A stretch of DNA of 64,000 nucleotides, taken from Candidatus Bathyarchaeota archaeon (lineage in GTDB: Archaea; Thermoproteota; Bathyarchaeia; Bathyarchaeales; Bathyarchaeaceae). The stretch lies in the NCBI GenBank assembly GCA_963697165.1, contig CAVOMX010000024.1:32001-96000 (forward strand). Reading direction: 5' to 3'. The position numbers were made by a program, and so were the translations under genes. The notes below the pieces were generated by a model, which was not told the origin of the DNA, did not search any database, and saw only the letters and a program-made list of their open reading frames with translations. This document shows, piece by piece, positions 29,945-40,154 of this stretch (its first letter is position 1; each line of letters begins with the position of its first letter).

Positions 29945-30763
29945 TTAGGCTGCTAGAGCCGCTTTGATTTTCTCATATAATGTTTTGTTCGAGGCTGCGA
30001 TGAAGGATAGTCGCTGGGTGGCTGCTAAGGGAACGTTAAGCTCTTCTCCTTCTGGCGTGAGGATGATTCCGCCCGCCTCGCGAAGTATAAGATAGGATGC
30101 TACCATATCTGTTACCCGCAGTTTTCCTCTGATGTCAATAAAGGCGTCTGTTGAGCCGTCTGCAACATAGCAGATTTCTAGGGCGTTGGCTCCAAAATGC
30201 CGAAAATGCTTCCCAACTTTGAACAGTCCCTTAATTTTGGATACAAGTTCTTCTATTCTGAAGGTGTTCAAGTCAACGCCAATCACAGCATCTTCTATGT
30301 TCGATACTTCGGAAGGTTTGATTCTTTTTCCGTTCCTGAATGCGCCCCCATTCTTCTGGGCAGTGTAGGTTATCTCTTGGACGATGTCGGACACAACCGC
30401 TGCTTCAACATCCCGAAGAAAAGGTCCCCTCGAGACTGCTATTACATTTGCGCTAAAGGGCAGCCCTCGGACAGCGTTTGTTGTCCCATCCACAGGGTCT
30501 GTTGTAACATAATATTCTGAGGGCTTGGTTCCGATCTGTTTTGTTCCCGCCTCTTCGCTGACGAGAGTACATGATATTTCATGCTTGTTTAGGCACTCTA
30601 TCAGCGCCTTCTCAGCGGCTAAATCGATTCTCTTTGATGTGTCGCCGCCTGCTCCCACGCCAAAGCCGACTGCGGCTTCTGGTGAGCCATAAAACTTGAG
30701 GGCTTCTTTTTTCATCTTCTGTGAGCATTCTTGTAGTATTTCCAGCCAGTTCATGATTCTCAC
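29945..30763 (-). CDS. suhB: Inositol monophosphatase / FBPase (SuhB family)
   Basis: SEE, DPVDGTTN, RHFGANALEICYVADG. Confidence 0.88.
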   Translation of the reverse strand: MRIMNWLEILQECSQKMKKEALKFYGSPEAAVGFGVGAGGDTSKRIDLAAEKALIECLNKHEISCTLVSEEAGTKQIGTKPSEYYVTTDPVDGTTNAVRGLPFSANVIAVSRGPFLRDVEAAVVSDIVQEITYTAQKNGGAFRNGKRIKPSEVSNIEDAVIGVDLNTFRIEELVSKIKGLFKVGKHFRHFGANALEICYVADGSTDAFIDIRGKLRVTDMVASYLILREAGGIILTPEGEELNVPLAATQRLSFIAASNKTLYEKIKAALAA

Positions 30764-30862
30764 GTCATATTTGGCTTTAGGATAAACTGCTTCTTTAAGC
30801 TTTTAAACTAAAACTTAAGCGAAAAGACACTTAAGGAAGATTTGATTTTTTGAAACAAAGGA

Positions 30863-30950
30863 GCGGGGGTCGCCGAGCCAGGTCAAAGGCGCAGGCTTCA
30901 GGAGCCTGTCCCGTAGGGGTTCGTGGGTTCGAATCCCACCCCCCGCACCA
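30863..30950 (+). tRNA. tRNA-Leu(CAG), no intron, CCA encoded
   Basis: GCGGGGG/CCCCCGC acceptor stem, CAGGC-TTCAGGA-GCCTG anticodon arm, long variable arm, GTTCGAATC T-loop. Confidence 0.97.
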
Positions 30951-31014
30951 TTTATGTATGCACATTTTTAGAAAACCTTAAATCAAGTTAGCCATTTTCT
31001 CCGTTGGATTACCG

Positions 31015-31839
31015 ATGAACCTTATCGAAGCAGTTCTTGTCCTACTGTTAGGGTTCGTAGTTGGTGTGCCCGCCTCGATGGTTGGTCTTGGAGGCGGCAT
31101 CATCATCGTTCCCGCCCTTATCGTGCTGTTTCAAGTACCAGCAAAAAATGCCATAGCCATCAGCCTAGTGGCTATCCTAGGCACAACAGTCTCCGCCACT
31201 CTAGGATACGTCAGACACAGACAAATAGACTACAAGCTGGGACTATTCTATGACATACTAGACGTTCCCGGCATTGTCTTAGGAGCGTACATAACCACGT
31301 TTCTGCCACAAAATATTCTAGCTGGCATCTGCGGCATCTTCATACTCTTTATCGCCGCAATCATGATACGAAACAAGAGAAAAAAGAGTTGCTCTGACCA
31401 AAACCAGAAAACAAACAACGGAGAATGGACAAGAAATGGAGTCGACCACAAAGGCAACTTCTTTACATATACTCTTCGCAGCCGCTCTTTGGCGTTGGCC
31501 AGCAGTTTTGTAGGCGGAATTGTAACTGGCTTGGCTGGATTAGGCGGCGGAATAACTGATGTAACGTCTATGATTCTGTTGGGTGTTCCTACTCACATTG
31601 CTGTTGCAACCTCCGAGTTTGCCATGGCTATCACCAACGGTGTAGGCGTAATTACTCACGGTCTCCTAGACAACCTATTACTCGAGTATGCTATTCCAAT
31701 AACAATCGGCACAATCATCGGAGCCCAAGTGGGATGCCTGCTTGCCAAAAGAGTAAACGGAAAAGCAATACGAACAATTCTCTTCGTCATCGCCATACTA
31801 GCAGGAATACGGTTAATCTACTCATTTTTTATGCCCTAA
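31015..31839 (+). CDS. TauE/SafE (TSUP) family membrane transporter
   Basis: Repeated GLGGG motifs, ~8 TM helices, AVATS. Confidence 0.88.
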   Translation: MNLIEAVLVLLLGFVVGVPASMVGLGGGIIIVPALIVLFQVPAKNAIAISLVAILGTTVSATLGYVRHRQIDYKLGLFYDILDVPGIVLGAYITTFLPQNILAGICGIFILFIAAIMIRNKRKKSCSDQNQKTNNGEWTRNGVDHKGNFFTYTLRSRSLALASSFVGGIVTGLAGLGGGITDVTSMILLGVPTHIAVATSEFAMAITNGVGVITHGLLDNLLLEYAIPITIGTIIGAQVGCLLAKRVNGKAIRTILFVIAILAGIRLIYSFFMP

Positions 31840-32054
31840 ACCTGCCCAGCATCCTTTTCCTTCATATTAGTCTCCTATTAACAGTAGCATTGTTGAAAAC
31901 AGGCTTTTTTCCAGTTTTTCTTCACAAAAACTCTTTTACGATATCTAGCTTAAAATCACTAAGAGTCTATCCACTTCAACTGCACTTGCATAACCGAAAG
32001 AAATAAAGAAGAACCACTTACTATTTGCTCAGAGTATAAAGAGAATGTGATCAC

Positions 32055-33152
32055 ATGGGAAAAGTTAGGGTTGGCGTAGTTGGAGTAGGAAACTGTTTCG
32101 CTGGTCTAGCTCAAGGAATAGAATATTACAAGCGAAACAAAACCCAAAAATTAGGATTAATGCACGAGAAAATCGGCGGATACGGACTAGAAGACGTAGA
32201 ATTTGTTTGCGCCTTTGACGTCGGAGAAAACAAAGTAGGGAAACCCCTAAACGAAGCCATCTTCTCAGACCCAAACTACGTAGATTGGGTTGATAGCGCC
32301 TCAGGATGCACCACAAGAAAAGTGAAAGAAAGCCCAACTCTTGACGGCGTAGGAATCTACGTAGCAAGCATGATTAAACCAATCAAACAAACAAAATCGG
32401 CACAAGAACTCGAAAAAGAAGCAATCGAAGAAATAGAAGCCACAAAAACACAAATCATAATCAATTATCTTCCTGTGGGCAGCCAAAAAGCCACAGAATT
32501 CTGGGCAAACATCGCCCTGAAAACAGGTTGCGCCTTCATCAACTGTATTCCCGTTTTTATTGCATCAAATAAAGAATGGCTCAAAAAGTTTGAAAATGCA
32601 AGTCTTCCAATTGTAGGAGACGACGTCAAAGGAGTAATCGGAGCAACAATAACCCACAGAACATTAGCCAAACTTTGCGTAGACCGCGGAGCATCCATAG
32701 ACCGAACCTACCAAATTAACGTCGGCGGAAACACAGACTTCGCCAACATGCTCGAACGAGAACGGCTGGAAAGCAAAAAAATATCCAAAACAGAATCCGT
32801 ACAAAGCCAAATACCCGAAAAACAACGATTAGACGCTAAAGACATCTACATTGGACCAAGCGACTTCATCCCATTCCTAGGCAACACCAAACTAGCCTTC
32901 ATCAGAATAGAAGGCAGAATGTTCGCAAACATACCCTACAACATGGAAATCCGACTAGACGTGGACGACAAAGCCAACTCCGGCGGAGTGGCAATCGATG
33001 CAATAAGATGCGCAAAACTAGCCCTAGACAAAGGAGTAAGCGGCAATCTAACATACACCTCCGCATACCTCATGAAACATCCCCTCGAACAAATGGGTGA
33101 CGAAGACGCCAGAGAAAAGCTGGACGCATGGATTTCTAACCTAGAAAAGTAG
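32055..33152 (+). CDS. ino1: myo-inositol-1-phosphate synthase
   Basis: GVGNC, YLPVGS, GDDVK, NVGGNTDF, SKKISKT, DKANSGG. Confidence 0.93.
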   Translation: MGKVRVGVVGVGNCFAGLAQGIEYYKRNKTQKLGLMHEKIGGYGLEDVEFVCAFDVGENKVGKPLNEAIFSDPNYVDWVDSASGCTTRKVKESPTLDGVGIYVASMIKPIKQTKSAQELEKEAIEEIEATKTQIIINYLPVGSQKATEFWANIALKTGCAFINCIPVFIASNKEWLKKFENASLPIVGDDVKGVIGATITHRTLAKLCVDRGASIDRTYQINVGGNTDFANMLERERLESKKISKTESVQSQIPEKQRLDAKDIYIGPSDFIPFLGNTKLAFIRIEGRMFANIPYNMEIRLDVDDKANSGGVAIDAIRCAKLALDKGVSGNLTYTSAYLMKHPLEQMGDEDAREKLDAWISNLEK

Positions 33153-33166
33153 CGGGAACCGCAAGA

Positions 33167-33790
33167 TTGCAAAGCAAACCTCACCCCCTCCTAATTTCTT
33201 GCGGTATCTTACGACAAGAAATCGAAAAACTAATAGAAGAACAGTCGCTTGATGTTGAACCCTATTTCTTGGATGCGGGTCTCCACGTAGTTTACGCTGA
33301 ACTAGAAAAAGAACTGACATCCGTCCTAGAAAAATCAGCAGAATATGCGCCTAACGGAATAATCGTTGTCTACGGGGACATGTGCCATCCAAGAATCAAA
33401 AAAATCGTCAAAAAATACAATAACGCCATCAAAGTTGATGCCCTGAACTGCATCGATTGCTTGCTTGGTGGACACAAAAAACTTTTACAAGCCGACCCAA
33501 AATGCAGTCACTTCTATCTTTCTCCAGGCTGGATGCCCTCAAACCTGAAGAAAACTGCAGGGTTCCGCGAAATCTTCGATTGGAACATGGAAGATGTAAA
33601 GGATCAGTTTGAGGATCTTTCAGGGCTCATCATAATCGATTCTCTAGACAATCTAGACACTTTCAAGAGTGACATAGAAGAATTCAGTTACCATACGGGA
33701 CTTGAGGTGAAAGACACGAAAGTGGTTGGACTAGACGGACTAAAAGCTGTCATCGATGAAGCCATCAAAAAACTTCAGGACCGCCCCTAG
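33167..33790 (+). CDS. DUF1638-like protein
   Basis: ISCGIL, GLH, YGDMCHP, NCIDCLLGG, FYLSPGW. Confidence 0.75.
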   Translation: MQSKPHPLLISCGILRQEIEKLIEEQSLDVEPYFLDAGLHVVYAELEKELTSVLEKSAEYAPNGIIVVYGDMCHPRIKKIVKKYNNAIKVDALNCIDCLLGGHKKLLQADPKCSHFYLSPGWMPSNLKKTAGFREIFDWNMEDVKDQFEDLSGLIIIDSLDNLDTFKSDIEEFSYHTGLEVKDTKVVGLDGLKAVIDEAIKKLQDRP

Positions 33791-33804
33791 ATAGCTATAA
33801 TTTT

Positions 33805-34699
33805 TTAGATTGTCAGAGAGTGCTTGCGGTATTTGAAAAGCCCCGGAAAAATGTAGTAGGTAGATCCCTTTATCGCGTAGCCAAGAGACTTGGCGATGTC
33901 ATAGCCGTCGCTCACTCTGCTCATTGTTCTTGTGAAAACTCCGGCGTATGGTTCATATGAGATTCTTCCGAACCTCCTCATTAACCTAGAAATCTTCTGG
34001 TCCTCAGACACCCCCAGCTCCGAATCGTAGGGTCCGTACCCGTTCTTAGACATTTGAGATGCAACATCATGCAACAACGTTATACTACATCCGGGAACGC
34101 TTGCTCCCATCACTGGGATTCCCAAAATTTCTATTGTGGGAAGCTTGAGGGAAAACCACGTCAAAAAGTTAGCTCCCATGATTCCAAACCTTCTTCCCAG
34201 CTTAAGGCTGTCTCTTGGTCTCAAAGAAGGAACCGTGGCAACAACTTCTTTACGTTTGAAGGCGGAATACATCACTTCGAAATAGTTTTCATACTTATCT
34301 AATTCAGAAAAAATGTAATCATTATCCATCTCTGTTCCAGTTGAGAAAAGGGAGTCGATGTCATGAAAAACAACTATTCTTCCCTTTGCATGCCTGAACC
34401 CTAGATTCCGTCCTATAGCCGGAGTATCCCACCCTGGATATTTGATTATTCCAGATTTCCAGAGTTCCTTCCTGTACTCTTCGTATTCTTTAGGAGAAAT
34501 TATTTTAGAATCACAGATTTTGGGAAACTCGGCGTTTTCTCCCGCGTCTGCAACCAAAAATTCGATTGCTTCTGCTTTTTCCTGTTTTTTCTTCAAAAAC
34601 CTTTTTTGCAATCTCCCAGTTGTTGAATGTCTCTTTGAGGGCTTTTGTATCTTTCTCGCCTCGCCCCGTTGTAATCACTGAGAAGATTGGCTTTTGCAT
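33805..34699 (-). CDS. Glycosyltransferase family 2 (frameshift near 5' end)
   Basis: FSVIT, GRNLG, FHDID (DxD), SED motifs. Confidence 0.7.
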
Positions 34700-35011
34700 A
34701 ACCTCTTGTAGAATCAGGATTGCTTTTATCTTTTACCCGAGTATCTGGATATATCCTATATTCTTCTATTTCTCGTCAAGACAGCTTGCAACCACATTTA
34801 TCATCGCAGATATCGACAATAATGAAACTGAAACAAGAAATATCGTTTGCGCTCGGACTGCCGTTTCACAAGTAAGCGACTAGGCGAACCTAAGAACAGA
34901 TAGATTTAAAGTATAAATTACTGCTCCATAATCTTTTAAAAAAACGAAAAGTATACCTTGCTTCCTACAAGTAATTTAAGCGTCTTCACCGCGGGTTAGA
35001 AGAGGAGAACA

Positions 35012-35989
35012 TTGATGCCAGAAGCTTCAAAAAAGGAAATACATAGCCTTTACAAAGATCATAATGTACAGCTTCTTATTAGCAAGTTTGTAAGCGGCGA
35101 GCTTGGCACATTGAATCCAGTTTATGACCCAAAAATAGGCATTAGATACCCACTCCTAGACGCGTTCGTTGAGGACGACTCTAACACGGACGAGTTTTTG
35201 CAGCAACTTTTTGAGGGAGGTGTTGTGAAGAGGAAGCTTTACGACAAAATCATCTTCTGTCCATCTTGCAGTTCAGCGAATGTGTCGATACACTATACCT
35301 GTCCCTACTGCAAATCCTTTGATATTAAGAAAAGCGCTTTGATTGAACACATAAAATGTGGGTACATCGACACAGAAGATCATTTCCAGAGAGGAGACAA
35401 ACTATTCTGTCCTAGATGCAACAAGGAACTAACTACTCCTGATGTGGACCATAACAAGGCAGGAGTATGGTGCACCTGTAATAAATGTGCTAAAAGCTTT
35501 GATATTCCTCTTCCAACTCATTTCTGTCGTGAATGCGAAGAAAAATTCAATTTCGACGAATCCATCTACAAAAATGTTTACTCATACACTTTGACCCCAG
35601 AAGCCTCAAAAAAGGCAACGCTAGGCTGGATTATAAGAAATCCAATAGTCGATTTTTTGGAAGATATGGGATTCAAAGTAGAGAGTCCTGGTTTCTTGAA
35701 TGGAAAATCTGGAACACGTCACATGTTTGATTTAATTGCAGTCTCGGTTGAAACGAAGAACACAACAGCGATTGACTTAGAAACTTCGGATGATATTGTT
35801 TCTGAGCAGTCAGTGATTTCTATGTTCGCTAAGATTTTTGATGTTAATCCCGAAAAAGCTTGTCTTGTTGCGATTCCAAAGATGAGCGAGAGCGGCAGAA
35901 AATTGGCGGCACTTTACAAAATAGATTTGATTGAAGCAAAAAATCATACAGAGGCAATAGAATCATTGAAGGCTTGCGTAGCACAATAA
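35012..35989 (+). CDS. TackOD1-like multi-zinc-ribbon protein with C-terminal PD-(D/E)xK-like domain
   Basis: Multiple CxxC/HxxC pairs (CPSC, CPYC, HIKC, CPRC, CNKC, CREC), then GKSGTRHMFDL. Confidence 0.7.
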   Translation: MMPEASKKEIHSLYKDHNVQLLISKFVSGELGTLNPVYDPKIGIRYPLLDAFVEDDSNTDEFLQQLFEGGVVKRKLYDKIIFCPSCSSANVSIHYTCPYCKSFDIKKSALIEHIKCGYIDTEDHFQRGDKLFCPRCNKELTTPDVDHNKAGVWCTCNKCAKSFDIPLPTHFCRECEEKFNFDESIYKNVYSYTLTPEASKKATLGWIIRNPIVDFLEDMGFKVESPGFLNGKSGTRHMFDLIAVSVETKNTTAIDLETSDDIVSEQSVISMFAKIFDVNPEKACLVAIPKMSESGRKLAALYKIDLIEAKNHTEAIESLKACVAQ

Positions 35990-36170
35990 GTTAATTTTCT
36001 GTTCCAGAATAGACCGCTGCGTTTCCGCGTTCAGTTACAACTTTAACAGTCTAATTGCCTGATGGTATATACATAATAATTTGCGATTCTTTGTTCGCTC
36101 GATTTAATCGAGTTGTTAGTCTTAAATAAGGGAATTATAGTAGAAAAATTTACTTCCACGCTTCAATCTT

Positions 36171-37940
36171 TTAGCTTTCAGAAAATATTGCCATATTTCC
36201 TCTTTTTGTTGCGACCTTAACTAAGAATGGTGGATCTGGCAAAGTAATATTATCGGTAAAGTATCTAACAGTATCTCCAGAATTGACAAACAGGTTAATA
36301 CTATATCTTTCATGATAGGTGAAATTGTTTACCCAACAAGATACCACCTGAATTGTTAGAGAACCTTCATTTTTGAAGGTGAATAGACTCCCATTTGTTT
36401 TCACTTTAAATTCGATCCAATCGATTTGTAAATTAAACGGTTCTTCTGTTTCTTTAACTCCCATGATTTTCAACTTCCAATATCCAGTAGTGTTTCTGAA
36501 ATCGGTTGGGGTTACCGAGAGTGTCTGGTTTTTATCCTCGGCTCTATTTGCTATTAAACTTGAAGAATAGTTAATGTAGCCATTTCCGCTTATCGGATAG
36601 CCATCAAGTGTGTAATTATATAGCTGAAGTGTGACTTCAACCAATCCAATGGTCCATGCGCTATCAACTGTCCAATTCAGTTCGTTCCAATCGTTAATGT
36701 TGCTTGAACCAGTGACCTCGACTTCTGATGTGTACCGATCAGTCCAAACATGTAAAAGGGTAGAATCTATTTCCCAACTATCTTGTATTGAGTCGTTTGT
36801 TTCATTTTCCCCCATAAATCTAATAGTGAATAATGGAGATGTCAGATACAAAGACACAGATATGTTATTCCATCCCGGGTTCAAATCACCAAAAAGGTTT
36901 TCCCAACTTGAACCATTCCACATATCCACTTGTATATTTTCTGAGCCCGTTGTTCCCCCATAGATACAAAGCTCTTCATTTACTTCGTTATAGTCAACAT
37001 TATTCCATTGAACCTCTAAATCGATTTCATAATTAATTGGTTCGACATAATTAATCGCAAGTCTTGCACAATCAACTTCATACAAGCCAGCTCCAGTTGC
37101 TGTTTGCAAGTAGATTTTGGCGGCATCAATTTTTGTCCATGAGTTAAGTTGGGACGTTGCAGTGTAGTCAATCCAACCCCATGAGGTGGTCGGGGCTTTA
37201 GAACCCAGATTTATCCATGCTGAGCCTTCCCAAACAAAAAGTTGGATTGGATTATTAATAGCAGTTTGTTTTGCATATAATTGAATAGTAACACTTTGGA
37301 TAGTTTCTGAAGATATCCCTGAATTTTCAAAACCAAAATCCCCAATTTGGTCGTTGTTTTTAGTTGTATGAACATAATTTGAATTATAATCGATAAAGCC
37401 AAGGTAAGGCGATGCTCCAACTCTTGTCCAATCTGTTCTAACCCCGTCATATGCATCTACATAAAGAAAAAGCAAACCATTTCCTGCTGTATTTTGCTCA
37501 ACTAATACGTCAACAACAGAGTCTGGACCATGTTGTTGTGCAGTGAAGTTGGATTGTGAACCTTTATCGACACTAGAATCGACATTTGAATTATTGTTAT
37601 CAATAAAATCAAGAATATTTGTTCCAGAATAATAACTTTCAAAGTTCATATAACCTCCATTATCTGAAGTAAGGTTTGAAATGTTTCCTGAAACCAAATT
37701 TGTTTCTCCTCCGAGGAAATATTCTTGGGGGTTATACAATGATGTCTGATTAATAGATTCAACGCTTGTCACGTTAATTTGTTCTCTCATTTTTTCCCAG
37801 TCAACCTGATTCATTTCGTAGTTCCACAAAACAATGTTCGAAACTATCGCCAGCATAATCACAAAGCTAAGGGCGATGACAATTATGTTGCTGATGCCCC
37901 GTCGGTCCCTCTTAAAGCGGCGACATGTAGTAGTCAACAA
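36171..37940 (-). CDS. Large type IV pilin-like/adhesin protein
   Basis: Class III signal KRDRRG|ISNIIVIAL..., N/S/T/W-rich beta domains, C-terminal KVATKRGN pilin motif. Confidence 0.75.
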   Translation of the reverse strand: MLTTTCRRFKRDRRGISNIIVIALSFVIMLAIVSNIVLWNYEMNQVDWEKMREQINVTSVESINQTSLYNPQEYFLGGETNLVSGNISNLTSDNGGYMNFESYYSGTNILDFIDNNNSNVDSSVDKGSQSNFTAQQHGPDSVVDVLVEQNTAGNGLLFLYVDAYDGVRTDWTRVGASPYLGFIDYNSNYVHTTKNNDQIGDFGFENSGISSETIQSVTIQLYAKQTAINNPIQLFVWEGSAWINLGSKAPTTSWGWIDYTATSQLNSWTKIDAAKIYLQTATGAGLYEVDCARLAINYVEPINYEIDLEVQWNNVDYNEVNEELCIYGGTTGSENIQVDMWNGSSWENLFGDLNPGWNNISVSLYLTSPLFTIRFMGENETNDSIQDSWEIDSTLLHVWTDRYTSEVEVTGSSNINDWNELNWTVDSAWTIGLVEVTLQLYNYTLDGYPISGNGYINYSSSLIANRAEDKNQTLSVTPTDFRNTTGYWKLKIMGVKETEEPFNLQIDWIEFKVKTNGSLFTFKNEGSLTIQVVSCWVNNFTYHERYSINLFVNSGDTVRYFTDNITLPDPPFLVKVATKRGNMAIFSES

Positions 37941-38316
37941 CTTGTGTTCCTCTCCTAGTTACAACTTTAATTTCATATGCGGTATCTGAATTCCAGCTGT
38001 AAGTGAAGTTCAACCATCCATGTTTGTTCGCTTCCAACTCAATTAGCGTAAAAGATTGACGCATTCTGTTCACATACACTGCATCCACTTTGATGGCGAC
38101 CTTACCCACATTCCGAACATACAAAGAAACGTGACCTGACGTAGTAAACCAGACGTCTTCAATAATAAAGCGTTCACCCATATTGTCGTGAAGTCCATCA
38201 GTGATAACGTATGTAGCGGTAACAGCAATCGACATACCCGCTACTGCAATAACCGTCAATAAGAGACTGCTTAAAACGGGAGTTATTCCCTTCCTGTTCC
38301 ACAATATTTTTCTCAT
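37912..38316 (-). CDS. Archaeal type IV pilin
   Basis: NRKG|ITPVLSSLLL..., VRNVG, KVVTRRG. Confidence 0.85.
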   Translation of the reverse strand: MRKILWNRKGITPVLSSLLLTVIAVAGMSIAVTATYVITDGLHDNMGERFIIEDVWFTTSGHVSLYVRNVGKVAIKVDAVYVNRMRQSFTLIELEANKHGWLNFTYSWNSDTAYEIKVVTRRGTQVVDYYMSPL

Positions 38317-38329
38317 ATTTTTTCTTCCA

Positions 38330-39145
38330 TTACACTATAAATTTGAATGCTAGATACCCGCAGACCAAGAGAATAACGCTATGTTTTAGACCGCCACCAA
38401 TCGTTCCTTCACCCATTTTTCCAGCCACAAGACCACCAAAGAATGCTTGGAGAGAGCTCATGTGAAAGAAGATGCTCCTTGCTTCACTAGGCGTCATCAA
38501 CTCAAACTGGCTAAGTTCAAAATCTGCTATGTCAACAAAGAAGGATTTGAATAGCATAATAATCGTGAAGAGGAAAACAAAGAATGCCACATAGATAATT
38601 GCAAGATACGGTCTAGTCTGAGTTTTGCGTTCATCATCAAATGTTAAGGTTGTCTGCACAAACTCTTCTAGCGGCTCAAAAACTTTTTCAACATGCCCTC
38701 CTGAACGCTGAGCTTCAAGAATCAAAGGAATTGTTTGCCGCATAAGACCTGTGTTAACACGTTTACCTAAGGACTGAATTGCATCCTCAAATGACACGCC
38801 CCAACTTATCTGAGCTGCCATTCTCTGGAGTTCCGTTGTCATAGGTCCATATTGTCTCTTAGCTGCTTCTTCCACGGCTTGGGGTAAGGTCATCCCCGTT
38901 TTTTGGGCTTGAACTATGCTTCGAAAGAGGTCAGGCAGATGCTTGTCTACTGAACGTTTCCAACGGTAGTCCACGTAATCGAGGACAGCTGGAGGAAAAA
39001 CAGTAATTACAACCGCCAATAGGAAATACTCATCGAAGAGAGGACTGCCCCTGAGAAGGAGTATCGCTGTTACGCATATAGTGACCCCTAGGGCACCCGA
39101 GACTATCCAAGCGATTTTCTTTTCCCATGTTTCAATTTTAGGCAT
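38330..39145 (-). CDS. Type IV pilus platform protein (TadC/T2SS-F)
   Basis: LPDLFRSI..GM, YGPMT.E, GLVAGKMGEG. Confidence 0.88.
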   Translation of the reverse strand: MPKIETWEKKIAWIVSGALGVTICVTAILLLRGSPLFDEYFLLAVVITVFPPAVLDYVDYRWKRSVDKHLPDLFRSIVQAQKTGMTLPQAVEEAAKRQYGPMTTELQRMAAQISWGVSFEDAIQSLGKRVNTGLMRQTIPLILEAQRSGGHVEKVFEPLEEFVQTTLTFDDERKTQTRPYLAIIYVAFFVFLFTIIMLFKSFFVDIADFELSQFELMTPSEARSIFFHMSSLQAFFGGLVAGKMGEGTIGGGLKHSVILLVCGYLAFKFIV

Positions 39146-39148
39146 AAA

Positions 39149-40154
39149 TCATCTCTTCGGTGAAGTTATGTCTATTATTATCAGAAATATCACGGAGCCA
39201 ATCGGCAAGCCGATGTAGGTCAAAAGCTGCAACAATAAACGAGAATCTAATGGACCAACCCCTCCCCCACCTAGCATTGCCATGACCGAAAGCATTACTA
39301 CAAAGATGAGTGACCCCGCCACCATCAGAGTTACATAGAACTCTGCTAAAACTGAAAGAGTGTCAGAGAAACGTTTCAGGGCAATCTGCTTTAGTTTCAT
39401 GTATTGCCGTGATTGGTTTCTGAGGTATTTTACCAAGTTGCCTCCTGAGTGAACTACTGAAATAAAACCTTCAATTAGTTCTTTGAAACTTTCAGAAGGC
39501 GTTCGACTAGACATGGTTTCCAATGCTGAGATAACGTCAAATCCGAAAAGCTCCACGTCCCGAACCACGTTCTTCGCTACTTTAGAAACTGCCAACGAGT
39601 CGTCAATTTGTGCCAAAGAGCGCCATATAAAATCTGGGGGTACACCCGCTCCTGCTAAAATTGACATGTATCCTGCAGTGAATGGGAGGTCATCTTCTAA
39701 GGCTCTTTTCAGGTTGTCTGATCGGTAGCTTGGGTATGCATAGAACGCCATCACGGTTATGGCTCCGGCAAGCAGACTCAATCCCGCTCCAAAAAGAAGT
39801 GCCAGAAAGAAAGAAAGTTTGAAGATGAAGAACAGAAGAGCTGGAACAGCAAGCATGGTTGAGACTGACAGCAGCAGACTCGTCAGAATTGTTGTGCTGA
39901 CATAAGCTTTGAAGTTGCTTTTCATCCCACGACTTCTTTATGCTACTATCAAGGTCTTTGAATAATGGAAAGAACCGAGATGATTTTCCCCCGACAAGCT
40001 GATAAGCAAAAACCTGAGGTTTAGTCGCGCCTAATCTAAGCCTCTCAGTCCACCGAGAATAACGGCTGTTACTAGACGAGGAACTGCTATGGAACAAATT
40101 TTTGGCTCGGGAGTAAACTTTTTTGAGGCTTTTTCTCCGTTTGTTTGCACTCAT
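39149..40154 (-). CDS. Type IV pilus platform protein (TadB/T2SS-F; frameshifted)
   Basis: LPFTAGYMSILAGAG, TPSESF, SGG, AEFYVT. Confidence 0.85.

Noticed and set aside
30863..36000. Integrated element at tRNA-Leu
   Set aside because: No integrase and no duplicate of the tRNA 3' end found by eye.
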